Of a stretch of DNA of 35,933 bases, positions 7,782-17,001 are shown piece by piece (the stretch's first letter is position 1; the number at the start of each line of letters is the position of its first letter). A program made the translations under genes and the position numbers. The notes beneath the pieces are model-generated. The model did no database searches. It was not told where the DNA came from and saw nothing but the letters and a program-made list of their open reading frames with translations. This stretch comes from Candidatus Thorarchaeota archaeon (GTDB taxonomy: Archaea; Asgardarchaeota; Thorarchaeia; Thorarchaeales; Thorarchaeaceae), in the NCBI GenBank assembly GCA_003345595.1, contig PRDI01000114.1, positions 1-35,933 of the forward strand, read 5' to 3'.

Positions 7782-8381
7782 TCATGTGTCAATCGCTACC
7801 ATCGATACCCGGCTGGCAATACATCTGCAGAGCGCTATGAACATCGCCTCTGGGTCATCAGACTCGCTTACTGACCTAAGCTCAACCTCGCCAATGTTGA
7901 AATGCTCCATGATTCTGCGAAACCGTGCTTCGTCGAGAACGAACGGCGGGTCAACCTCAATACCCGTTTCTCGTATGATACTGGTAACCACTTCTTGGAC
8001 TATCTCAGGTCCTTCTCCGATCACAACGAGAGCAAGAGAGGACATTCCATCACGGACCCCCATAGCGTCTAGTGCAGGACCAATCTGCCTCTGTCCAGAG
8101 GCATAGATGGCTATCTCAATGTCTAATCCTCTTGAAACTGCATAACCCCCAAACCACGCATTGACGGCATTCTGCGCGGCGGAAAGAACATGGAGGCCAC
8201 ATGCAATGAGCGTCGGACTAAGAAACTGGACTGCGAGAGTGTGTGGACGGGTCTGTGAGGCAAGGCTGACCAAGGCGGTCTTGCCTAGGCGCTTGCTGTT
8301 CTTCAGATGTGCAATCCCCACATCGAGGAAGGAGTCCCCACGCATCAGCTTCTCTAGCAGCATATGTCTAGCCCCAGACAC
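7782..8381 (-). CDS. cgi121: KEOPS complex subunit Cgi121
   Basis: HVLSAAQNA...LDIEIAIYASGQRQIGPALDAMGV is the typical Cgi121 motif. Confidence 0.9.
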   Translation of the reverse strand: MSGARHMLLEKLMRGDSFLDVGIAHLKNSKRLGKTALVSLASQTRPHTLAVQFLSPTLIACGLHVLSAAQNAVNAWFGGYAVSRGLDIEIAIYASGQRQIGPALDAMGVRDGMSSLALVVIGEGPEIVQEVVTSIIRETGIEVDPPFVLDEARFRRIMEHFNIGEVELRSVSESDDPEAMFIALCRCIASRVSMVAIDT

Positions 8382-8391
8382 ACATGGGCGA

Positions 8392-8973
8392 TTAAAGTCG
8401 CTTGATGAAGTAGTCAGTTACAGTGGGATCAAAGCCGACCTCAAACACGAGCTTCTCCCTGATATGTTTCATGTCCATTGATGCATCTTCGGACTTGAAC
8501 TTCTTCACTAGAGCAATGATAGACTCCCGGTTTTCCCAAGGATAGACCGTCCAAGCATCCACTTTCTGTACGTAGTAGTTAGGTGTAATCTTACATGCGG
8601 GTTTGAGTTGCAGCACAGCAGAACGAACCTCACTGGCTCCGAGTCTCTTTATGTAGTCAATTCCATGGACGAGGCTCTCGCCTGTGTCTGCGATCTCGTC
8701 AACCAGCAGGATTTTCTTGCCCTCTATTGGGACAGACAGTGGCTGGGTGACCTTGGGCTCCGGACCCTTTATGCCAATCTCACTGTAGTACTCGATGCGC
8801 ACGTTGAACATTGCACTTGTGTAGAGTACATCTGATAGGATTCTTGCAGGGATCCAGCCGCCCCTCGCAATGCCGACTATCACGTTTGGCTTGAAACCGC
8901 TCTCAACAATGCGCTCTGAGAGCTGAAGCGTCAGGTTATAGACATCCTGCCAACTGAGAATGATATATCGCAT
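8392..8973 (-). CDS. Purine (xanthine/guanine/hypoxanthine) phosphoribosyltransferase
   Basis: IVGIARGGWIPARILSD, PRPP-binding loop ILLVDEIADTGESL, C-terminal WTVYPWE. Confidence 0.9.
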   Translation of the reverse strand: MRYIILSWQDVYNLTLQLSERIVESGFKPNVIVGIARGGWIPARILSDVLYTSAMFNVRIEYYSEIGIKGPEPKVTQPLSVPIEGKKILLVDEIADTGESLVHGIDYIKRLGASEVRSAVLQLKPACKITPNYYVQKVDAWTVYPWENRESIIALVKKFKSEDASMDMKHIREKLVFEVGFDPTVTDYFIKRL

Positions 8974-9083
8974 CTAGGATATCACCCATGAAGGCCTTGA
9001 ACTGAACTGACCAGCCCCCCTAATTAAGGCGGCTCCATGATGGAACAACACAATACAAATCAAGGATACGTTGGAAAGAAGGT

Positions 9084-10361
9084 GTGTGGATTCATTTGAA
9101 GCCAGACCTGCTGCTCACACATATCGGCCAGCTCGCGACGTTACAGGGGAATAGTCTGACCCCTAAGACAGGGGAGAGCATGCGAGAACTCTCAGTCATT
9201 GAAGATGCTGCAATTGCCGTCAAAGACGGGCTGATTGTGGCAGTTGGTGCCACAAGAGATGTGCTATCCCAAGTAACAGAAGAACCTGCTCTTCCGGCTC
9301 TGGAGTTCCCTGATATGCTGGCATTACCAGGATTCGTCGATAGCCACACCCACCTCGTGTTCGCAGGCTCCCGTGAGAACGACTTCACAATGAAGCTGGC
9401 ACAGAAGACGTACATGGAGATTCTGAGAGCGGGTGGAGGAATCTTGAACACTATGAGAGCTACGCGTGCGGCGAGTCGTGATGATCTTTCTCGGATTGCC
9501 TTCACCTTTGCCTCGAACATGCTGTCTTCGGGAACAACGACAATAGAAGCAAAGAGCGGCTACGGCCTCAACACTGCAGACGAAGTGAAGATGCTGGAGG
9601 CAGTGAATTCTCTCCGACAACGCCTTCCTTCAGTACTCGTCAGCACGTTCCTCGGAGCACATGCTGTGCCTCCTGAGTTTGAGGGAAAGACCGATGCCTA
9701 TGTGAATCTCGTCACCAAGCAAATGATTCCTGCAGTGGCCAAACAGAGTCTTGCCAAGTTCTGTGACGTATTCTGTGAGAAAGGAGCCTTTGATGTGGAA
9801 CAGTCGAAACGAATCCTTCTCGCGGCTAAGAGAGCGGGTATGAAACTCAAGGTGCATGCTGATGAAATAGCTCAGTTGGGTGGTGCAGAATTGGCTGCTG
9901 AAGTCGGTGCCGTATCTGCAGACCATCTTCTCATGGCCTCAGACGATGGCTTAGAGGCGATGTTGAAAGCAGGCACTATTGCCACTCTGCTGCCTGCAAC
10001 CGCGTTCAGTCTGAACACGAACTATGCTGATGCACGCAAGATGATTGACATGGGACTCCCCGTGGCACTTGCTACAGACTTCAACCCCAATTGTGCGAAC
10101 GAATCGTTGTTCTTCACACTCGCACTCGCGTGTTACAAGATGAAGATGCATCCTCGCGAAGCGATTGCTGCTGTGACAATCAATGCAGCTCACGCTCTGG
10201 AACTGGAACGTACCGTCGGCAGTATTGAAGTTGGCAAGAGAGCAGACATAGTCATTCTCGACTGCCCAAATCCTGAGTACTTGGCGTATAGGTTTGGCGT
10301 GAATCTGGTGCATACGGTCATAGCAGGCGGCGAGGTTGTCAATACGAAACTAGGCCCTTAG
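9084..10361 (+). CDS. hutI: Imidazolonepropionase
   Basis: PGFVDSHTHLVFAGSRENDF, GGGILNT, EAKSGYGL, TFLGAHA, DVFCEKGAF, HADE, SADHL, ALATDFNP. Start may be TTG 9096. Confidence 0.96.
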   Translation: MWIHLKPDLLLTHIGQLATLQGNSLTPKTGESMRELSVIEDAAIAVKDGLIVAVGATRDVLSQVTEEPALPALEFPDMLALPGFVDSHTHLVFAGSRENDFTMKLAQKTYMEILRAGGGILNTMRATRAASRDDLSRIAFTFASNMLSSGTTTIEAKSGYGLNTADEVKMLEAVNSLRQRLPSVLVSTFLGAHAVPPEFEGKTDAYVNLVTKQMIPAVAKQSLAKFCDVFCEKGAFDVEQSKRILLAAKRAGMKLKVHADEIAQLGGAELAAEVGAVSADHLLMASDDGLEAMLKAGTIATLLPATAFSLNTNYADARKMIDMGLPVALATDFNPNCANESLFFTLALACYKMKMHPREAIAAVTINAAHALELERTVGSIEVGKRADIVILDCPNPEYLAYRFGVNLVHTVIAGGEVVNTKLGP

Positions 10362-10398
10362 AACACTAATGCATCCGTAACAATCCAAGCGCCAAATC

Positions 10399-11940
10399 CT
10401 AATCGTCAAAGAGAGGACCTGTGGCCTTTTCCACCTCTTGGACTATGAACCCAGACATCATCAGATCTCGAATCTTCGAGATATCAACAGTCAGTTGTCT
10501 GTCACCCTCAAGAGTCTTCACAGAAGACCGAATAACTTCCATCGCTTTCTGAAGAGGTTCTGAGGGTTTCAGAGGCGATAACAGGTCTATGCCTTGAGCA
10601 GCACACATGTACTCAATGGCGATGACGTTTCTGGCGTTTTCAAGGATTTGTGATGCCTTGCGTGCGGCTATGGTGCCCATGCTGACATGGTCTTCTTGGT
10701 CTGCACTCGTGGGTATCGAGTCCACGCTTGCTGGATGTGCCAAGACCTTGTTTTCTGACACAAGAGCCGCAGCAGTGTATTGGGCAATCATCATCCCGGA
10801 CTCGAGGCCGCCCTCGCGTGTCAGGAATGCCGGTAGCCCGCTGAGCTTAGAGTCCACAAGTCGATTCGTTCTTCTCTCTGACATGTTGGCTATCGCAGAT
10901 AGCGCTATGCCAAGAAAATCCATGGCCTGTGCCACAGGTTCACCGTGGAAGTTGCCGCCAGAGATCACCTCTCCTGTTTCCGGGAAGACAAGCGGATTGT
11001 CTGTCGCAGAGTTGATCTCCGTTTCGATGACCTTTCTCACGTGCCTGACTGTATCGAGCGATGCACCAAGCACTTGAGGAATACAGCGGAGCGTGTATGC
11101 ATCTTGGACCTTACCACAGTTCGCATGGGACCTGTTAATCTCACTGTCTACCAGGATAGCTCTAAGAGCCCTAGCAACATCTGTCTGCCCCTCATGAGGA
11201 CGTACCGAATGTATCTGTTCGTCAAATGCTCTCCTAGTTCCTCTCAGCGCCTCTAGACTCAGTGCAGCAGCAACTGTAGCGTCTTTCACCAGACCAACCG
11301 CATCATAGACTGCCAGCGCACCCACGGCTGTCATGGGCTGAGTGCCATTAATCAGGGAAACACCTTCCTTGGCTTCCAGAACGAGAGGCTTGATTCCTGC
11401 CCTTTTCATGGCGGTAAGTCCGTTTAGCTGCTTGCCATCATAGTAGGCCTCTCCCTCTCCAATCAGAACTAGGACCATGTGTGCGAGAGGAGCGAGGTCA
11501 CCACTTGAGCCGACGGAGCCCTGTTGTGGTACAACAGGTGTCACGGACAGATTCAGCATGCTGAGCAGCGTGTCAATAACAGTAGGACGTACACCCGAGT
11601 ATCCCTTTGCGAGCGCATTGGCCCTCAGAAGCATCATTCCCCGGACCACATCATGTGAGAAAGGAGCGCCGACTCCGACGCTATGGCTACGGACCAGATT
11701 GAGCTGCAAACGTGATAGGTCGCTCTTCGCGATTGCCACTTGGGCTAGGTCTCCGAAGCCCGTGTTAACTCCGTATACTGTGCGGCCTTCCCTCACGGCG
11801 GCCTCCACGACATCACGACTACGCAAGACCTTGCCACGTGCGGAGTCTGCAAGCTCAGTGGGCTCTGCATCCCTTGCGACACGGACAACATCCTTGATAG
11901 TGAGACTCTCACCATCTACCATCACAGTCACGGAAATCAC
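10399..11940 (-). CDS. hutH: Histidine ammonia-lyase (MIO enzyme)
   Basis: YGVNTGFG, NLVRSH (HAL-type Ser-His specificity pair), GSVGSSGDLAPLAH, INGT, QDAYTLRC, DNP, GGNFHG, QEDHVSMG. Confidence 0.96.
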   Translation of the reverse strand: MISVTVMVDGESLTIKDVVRVARDAEPTELADSARGKVLRSRDVVEAAVREGRTVYGVNTGFGDLAQVAIAKSDLSRLQLNLVRSHSVGVGAPFSHDVVRGMMLLRANALAKGYSGVRPTVIDTLLSMLNLSVTPVVPQQGSVGSSGDLAPLAHMVLVLIGEGEAYYDGKQLNGLTAMKRAGIKPLVLEAKEGVSLINGTQPMTAVGALAVYDAVGLVKDATVAAALSLEALRGTRRAFDEQIHSVRPHEGQTDVARALRAILVDSEINRSHANCGKVQDAYTLRCIPQVLGASLDTVRHVRKVIETEINSATDNPLVFPETGEVISGGNFHGEPVAQAMDFLGIALSAIANMSERRTNRLVDSKLSGLPAFLTREGGLESGMMIAQYTAAALVSENKVLAHPASVDSIPTSADQEDHVSMGTIAARKASQILENARNVIAIEYMCAAQGIDLLSPLKPSEPLQKAMEVIRSSVKTLEGDRQLTVDISKIRDLMMSGFIVQEVEKATGPLFDD

Positions 11941-12127
11941 CGTCCAATCTGAACAGGAATAGCGGGGACGCTTAGTATCAGTCCTGCGAGGAACGACACT
12001 GAGAAGCTTATGAATCTGAGCTATGTCCCTTGCGATGCATATGTGCGATTATGTCTGGTTCCGGGACGCATAGCGGAAGCACTCCAGGCTCCCTTTCGCA
12101 ATCGGCAGCTATCGGCGCAGTACGTTT

Positions 12128-12253
12128 TCACGCCTGAGAGCCAGCAGAGGACATAGATGTGTGCTCTCGCCTGCCCCCAGTCAGACAGTAGAGCACAGCC
12201 GAAAACAGTATGATGAACAACAATAGCCCCAACGTTTCTGGTGACAGTTGCAT
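12128..12253 (-). CDS. Putative 41-aa single-pass membrane microprotein
   Basis: MQLSPETLGLLLFIILFSAVLYCLTGGRREH..., with GGAG at 12260-12257 and a TATA-like TTTATTCG at 12294-12287. Confidence 0.5.
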   Translation of the reverse strand: MQLSPETLGLLLFIILFSAVLYCLTGGRREHTSMSSAGSQA

Positions 12254-12560
12254 GATCTCCGACCACAAATACGTCGCGAGCGTATTCGAATAAACTCTTT
12301 GCTGACCTTCGTACTCGTGGTGATGCACGTCTTCGACCGTTTAGCAGATGCAGGAGATCCCTCCCAAACCAAGGACGTCGTGCCCGGTGACCACCTGTAG
12401 TCGGAGCACGAACACCTGAAGGATACTGGTGGATAGGCGTCTCTATACTCTCTGACAGAGCGGCTTTCATAAGACGTCATTACGAAATGCAGGCGGCGGT
12501 AATCTTTATCAGAGATGAAACAGAATAGCAGACGAATGATTGCATTTCGGGGGATATGCA

Positions 12561-13238
12561 ATGGCTGAGTTTGAGAGTCCGGCTGTTGTCGTCCAGGATA
12601 GTAGGAAAGCGAGTGAGCCATTGTCACGGGTGACAGCTAAGTTCCTTTTGCATGGCTTCGTAGCAACAGGTATTGTGCTGGGCTTCCTTATCCTGAGCCT
12701 CGCTCTTAGCTCGCCATATTTCTACCTCAGGTGGGGAGGAGTCATCAACTATGATCTTGCCCTCTTCCTGGAGGCAGGTGCGTTTCTGGCGTTCGGCGTC
12801 CTGAAGGGACTCGTCGACAGGAGAATCGGGCGGGCCTTCTGGTCAGTGTCCAAGAACTCATTGCTGGCTGACATGTTCATCCGGGGACCCACGGCGTTGG
12901 CCATCTCGTGGGCTTTTGCTATCTTCGTGGCAAGCCCTGTCATATCTGCGCTATTCCCTGATTTAGTGTGGGCAGGCGACCTCTACAGGGTAGGTGCGTT
13001 AGTCCTATTCGTGTTATTGATTACTCCGTGGAATGGCCTAGTGGCAGTGGCGACAATTCGCTGGCAGTTTGGTAATCTGGACGAGGTGGAAACAGGCACA
13101 ACTACCACTCTCGGTACCTGTCCATTCTGCAAGGCGGCATATCACTATTCGCCCAGTGCCATAGTTGAAGGGCAAGTGAGATGCCAGAATTGTGGCAAGT
13201 CGTTTCGTCTTTTGGCAGAGGGGCCGAGTGTCGGCTAG
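12561..13238 (+). CDS. Four-TM membrane protein with C-terminal zinc ribbon
   Basis: Four hydrophobic segments, then CPFC...RCQNCGKSF. Confidence 0.8.
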   Translation: MAEFESPAVVVQDSRKASEPLSRVTAKFLLHGFVATGIVLGFLILSLALSSPYFYLRWGGVINYDLALFLEAGAFLAFGVLKGLVDRRIGRAFWSVSKNSLLADMFIRGPTALAISWAFAIFVASPVISALFPDLVWAGDLYRVGALVLFVLLITPWNGLVAVATIRWQFGNLDEVETGTTTTLGTCPFCKAAYHYSPSAIVEGQVRCQNCGKSFRLLAEGPSVG

Positions 13239-13253
13239 ACATCGATGGAGCCA

Positions 13254-15299
13254 CTAGTCCTTCTCAATGGCCTTTCTAACCAGATCCTCAATCAGTCCGT
13301 CTTCTGGTAGGAACGGTAGCGTGATGTGGCCCCTGTTCCCCATGGCTTCGTTCCAGGTGGCTGCGGTTTCGAGAGCATGCTTGTTCGTTGCCCAAGCTCG
13401 GCGCGCTACACCGCCCATCACATCCCAGTCTAGTGCTGACCGGGTGATGTCGTCAACTCTCGGAGTGCCATCCAGAACCAAACCGAAGCCCCCATTGATG
13501 GCCTTTCCAGTGCCCACGCCACCACCGTTTGACAGGACACACAGAGCCATCCCACGCGCTGCATTGCCGGCCCAGCACTGATGAGCCATATCACTCATGA
13601 CATTGCTGCCATCGCGGATGTTCGCCGTCTCTCTGAATGGAGAGTCCGTGCCTCCAGTGTCATGATGATCTCTACCGAGCATCACTGGGCCAATCTTACC
13701 TTCGCGGACCATCTTGTTGAACTCTAAGGCGATCTTGACTCTGCCCTTTGCATCTGCATACAGAATCCTTGCCTGCGATCCGACAACCAAGTTGTGGCTC
13801 TCTGCGTCGCGAATCCAGACGTAGTTGTCACGGTCCTGTCCTCGCCCAGAAGGGTCTATACAGGACATCGCAGCCTTGTCTGTCGCTACAAGGTCTTCAT
13901 GCTTTCCGCTGAGGCAGACCCAGCGGAATGGACCATACCCGTAGTCGAAGCAGACGGGACCCATGATGTCTTCCACATAAGAAGGAAAGACGAAGCCGTC
14001 CATGGTGTCCTGTCCATTCTTGGCAATCGCCTTGACGCCTGCATCGAATACGGCCTTCATGAAGCTGTTACCATAGTCCCAGAAATGAGTGCCACGCTTC
14101 GTCATTGCAAGGATAAGCTCGAACTGCTTGCGTAGCGACGCGTCTACCAGTTGTCCAAACCGTACGCGATCGTTCTTCAGAAGCTCCCTACCCTCATCGA
14201 AGGTGACCCCTTGAGGAGTGTAGCCGCCCCCATAGACATCGTGACATGAAGTCTGGTCTGAGGCCAGCTCTATCGGAACCCTATAATCTACCACATATTG
14301 CCACAGGTCAACAACGTTGCCATAGTAGCCGATTGAGATTGGCTCCTTCTTCTTTCGATATTGGCTGACCCATTCGAACACTTCCCTGAGGTCTCCCGAC
14401 CATTTGCTCAGCCAACCCTGTTCCCTGCGTGTTTCTATACGACTCTTGTCAACCTCAGCAATAACGCCAATGCCGCCTGCAATCTCGACGGCCTTCGCCT
14501 GGGCGCCGCTCATGCCACCCAGACCTGAAGACAAGTAGACCTTGCCGCGCAGGTCTTGGTTCTGGGAATTCCCAAGGTAGAGACGGCCTGCGTTGAGCAA
14601 AGTGATGTATGTGCCGTGCACAATCCCTTGCGGCCCTATGTACATCCACCCTCCGGCGGTCATCTGTGCATAGTTTGCGACCCCCAGGGCAGCGGCACGA
14701 TGGAACCCATCAGGGGTGTCGAACATACCAACCATCAGCCCGTTCGTTGATATCACTCGAGGCGCATTCCTGTGAGACGGGAAGAGACCAACGGGATGTC
14801 CGGAACTGACAACCAACGTCTGGTCCGTGGTCATTGTTTCAAGGTACTTCTTGATGAGCTGGAATTGCATCCAGTTCTGGCACACTTGCCCGCTCTCGCC
14901 GTACGTAACAAGCTCGTAGGGATACAGCGCGATTTCGTAGCTCACATTATTGTCCATCATCAACTGTATTGCTCTGCCCTCGAGAATACCCTTGTACTCA
15001 CCCACAGGCTTCGCGCTTATGGCGCCAGCCGGACGATACCGATAACCGTAGATCCGTCCACGGGTCATCAACTCGCTCAGAAACTCGGGCGCGAGCTTTG
15101 CATGCAGATTCTCAGGTATGTACCTGAGAGCGTTCTTGACTGCCAGCACTGTTTCTTGCTGGCTCAGGCTGAAACCCCTGTCAGGAGCTCTCCTGTACTT
15201 GGTGTCAAAAACAGGATTAGGAGGAAGCTCTGAGAAGAGCTTTACCGTCATTACCTTGGGCACGCTAGTTTTCACGAGAATCACGCCCTGACGCTTCAC
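13254..15299 (-). CDS. hutU: Urocanate hydratase, long (~680 aa, UROC1-like) type
   Basis: YPYELVTYG, QMTAGGWMYIGPQGIVHGT, GLGGMSGAQ, SDQTSCH, WDYGN, GPFRW, GRDHHD, NGGGVG. N-terminal ALRYIP...RGRIYGYRYRP extension is characteristic of the long form. Confidence 0.96.
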   Translation of the reverse strand: MKRQGVILVKTSVPKVMTVKLFSELPPNPVFDTKYRRAPDRGFSLSQQETVLAVKNALRYIPENLHAKLAPEFLSELMTRGRIYGYRYRPAGAISAKPVGEYKGILEGRAIQLMMDNNVSYEIALYPYELVTYGESGQVCQNWMQFQLIKKYLETMTTDQTLVVSSGHPVGLFPSHRNAPRVISTNGLMVGMFDTPDGFHRAAALGVANYAQMTAGGWMYIGPQGIVHGTYITLLNAGRLYLGNSQNQDLRGKVYLSSGLGGMSGAQAKAVEIAGGIGVIAEVDKSRIETRREQGWLSKWSGDLREVFEWVSQYRKKKEPISIGYYGNVVDLWQYVVDYRVPIELASDQTSCHDVYGGGYTPQGVTFDEGRELLKNDRVRFGQLVDASLRKQFELILAMTKRGTHFWDYGNSFMKAVFDAGVKAIAKNGQDTMDGFVFPSYVEDIMGPVCFDYGYGPFRWVCLSGKHEDLVATDKAAMSCIDPSGRGQDRDNYVWIRDAESHNLVVGSQARILYADAKGRVKIALEFNKMVREGKIGPVMLGRDHHDTGGTDSPFRETANIRDGSNVMSDMAHQCWAGNAARGMALCVLSNGGGVGTGKAINGGFGLVLDGTPRVDDITRSALDWDVMGGVARRAWATNKHALETAATWNEAMGNRGHITLPFLPEDGLIEDLVRKAIEKD

Positions 15300-15417
15300 A
15301 TCTACGGTCCAGCCGCCTCATAAAGGAGTCTTCGCGAATGTTAGACGGTTTCTGAATCCACCCGTTTTGCCTTTCGTCTAAAGGCACTCTGGCAAAATGC
15401 CTCGGACCGAGTACGTT

Positions 15418-16191
15418 TCAGATTCGAGTAGTGCTTTCATCCTTGGAGCGCAGGTAGCAGAACACAGTGCCTGTCATTACTCCCACGATGACAACGGAAA
15501 CGGCAGCCGGTCCTGCGTCAATCACGATGAATCTAGTCTGGCCACTCTGCCGGCAGATGGACATGTTCTTCATCACTGATATGTTCCAATTGCCCAAACT
15601 ATCGTTCGCGTAGAATATAACTTGCCAGACTGTGAGGAAGCTACCCCATGGAGTGGTGTATCTGAGGGCAGCGACAGTGTAGACACCAGATGAACTCCTT
15701 GTCAGATCCTCAGACATCGTGACATTCGTCCACTCTGGTCGAGAGCTGTTTCTATAGCTGCCAATGACCGAGTCGACTCCGTCAGGGTCCTCAACCCCAA
15801 CAACGAGCTCAAGAGTGAGGTTCGCAGGCCTATAGTCGGGAACAAGGTCCACAAAGTCTGGCATCCAAGATGGGTCAAACGTAGGACCCTCCGAGTCAGA
15901 TGTGTGGAATACTGCTACTGTGGATGCGGCTCTGCCTGCGGCCCCATAACCTGCTCCGGTCATTAGAAGCAATGCTGCAAACAGGATAATGCCGACGCAT
16001 TCGTCGTGACTGCTGGGACTTCTTTGTACGTACCGTTTCCGGGCCGCATGAGAATGCAAACCCTGGCGATCCGTCTTCAGGACTTGGACAAGAGAAGCCA
16101 CACCTACAGTCAAATCGGAAGCACCAACTACCACACCAATGACCCTTTGCCAGCTACCTATATGGGTTCTTCTTCCAAAAAGGATTCGCAT
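15418..16191 (-). CDS. Secreted, C-terminally membrane-anchored Ig-like surface protein (true start uncertain, probably later than 16191)
   Basis: Hydrophobic signal-like VGIILFAALLLMTGAG, a beta-rich domain (VEDPDGVDSV...YANDSLGNWN) with N-glycosylation sequons, and a C-terminal TM helix plus basic tail. Confidence 0.65.
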   Translation of the reverse strand: MRILFGRRTHIGSWQRVIGVVVGASDLTVGVASLVQVLKTDRQGLHSHAARKRYVQRSPSSHDECVGIILFAALLLMTGAGYGAAGRAASTVAVFHTSDSEGPTFDPSWMPDFVDLVPDYRPANLTLELVVGVEDPDGVDSVIGSYRNSSRPEWTNVTMSEDLTRSSSGVYTVAALRYTTPWGSFLTVWQVIFYANDSLGNWNISVMKNMSICRQSGQTRFIVIDAGPAAVSVVIVGVMTGTVFCYLRSKDESTTRI

Positions 16192-16257
16192 TCTCGCTGC
16201 CGTTTCGGGCGAAAGTACATTTCAAGGTCCCAGTAGAAACGGCCTAAGACACGACAA

Positions 16258-16327
16258 CTGATGATGTAGTAATGAAGTATGGTGACCGCGTAGTTGAAGA
16301 ACGTGGCAGTCCCCATCCGCTATCTGA
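16258..16327 (+). ncRNA. Candidate C/D box guide sRNA
   Basis: Intergenic arrangement CTGATGA (C) ... GTGA (D') ... TTGAAGA (C') ... CTGA (D). Spacers are longer than in typical archaeal sRNAs. Confidence 0.3.
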
Positions 16328-16364
16328 AAGGTCATCTCGATACTGCTGACCTAGAATCTGCCCG

Positions 16365-16790
16365 CTACTCCCACAAGACCATTGCGCACTTTCGACACCT
16401 CAGTTTGCCATCTGCAGTCAACACAGCGCTGCGTGCATCTTCGCTGCAATTGCTGCAAAAGCCCGTAAGTCGAGGAGGATTCCTAGGCGGGTGTTCAATC
16501 CAGTCTTCTATGAACTCCTTCAAGCTGTTTTCTTGTGCAGCATGTGACCCCCAATTGAGGCCGAATACTCCTGCCGCGCCGCTCGCGACAGCCGTGATCT
16601 TGCATACGTCAGATGACTCTTCAGACTCCACGATTGTCGTCAAGGTCTGCACGCAGCCAGTCCTGAATACATAGTCCTCATGAACAAAAATAGCAACGGT
16701 GTGGTTTCCTTGCTGCCATCGATTCTGGTATACCGAAGAATACTGCTGCGACAAGAGGTCTATGATTCTGTCTTTCAACTCCCAGGCCAT
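16365..16790 (-). CDS. DUF6054-like domain protein with C-terminal zinc finger
   Basis: FVHEDYVFRT...LTTIV...AVASG...FGLNWGS resembles DUF6054 (recalled, not searched), followed by FCSNC...RCRKC. Confidence 0.65.
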   Translation of the reverse strand: MAWELKDRIIDLLSQQYSSVYQNRWQQGNHTVAIFVHEDYVFRTGCVQTLTTIVESEESSDVCKITAVASGAAGVFGLNWGSHAAQENSLKEFIEDWIEHPPRNPPRLTGFCSNCSEDARSAVLTADGKLRCRKCAMVLWE

Positions 16791-17001
16791 TGTGAATCTG
16801 ATCATGGCGTGTTCACCGGCAGCCGTGGCACACGGCCCCCACTGACTAAATGGCTTCAGAAGCTTATAGGCTAATCGAGAAGCAGAATGAAAGGATGGCC
16901 CAAATCTAGCCAATTTCTAAGGAGCCGCAAACCACCTTGTCGCCTTAAGCGAAAGGTCTATCTCAACGTCCCAGCAAAGACGACTCATGGAGGTTGAATA
17001 G

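Noticed and set aside
12021-12470. 149-aa minus-strand ORF and overlapping 148-aa ORF (12181-12627)
   Set aside because: Arg/Ser/Cys-rich, with no recognisable domain or RBS. The 41-aa TM ORF in another frame has better expression signals. Not fully excluded.
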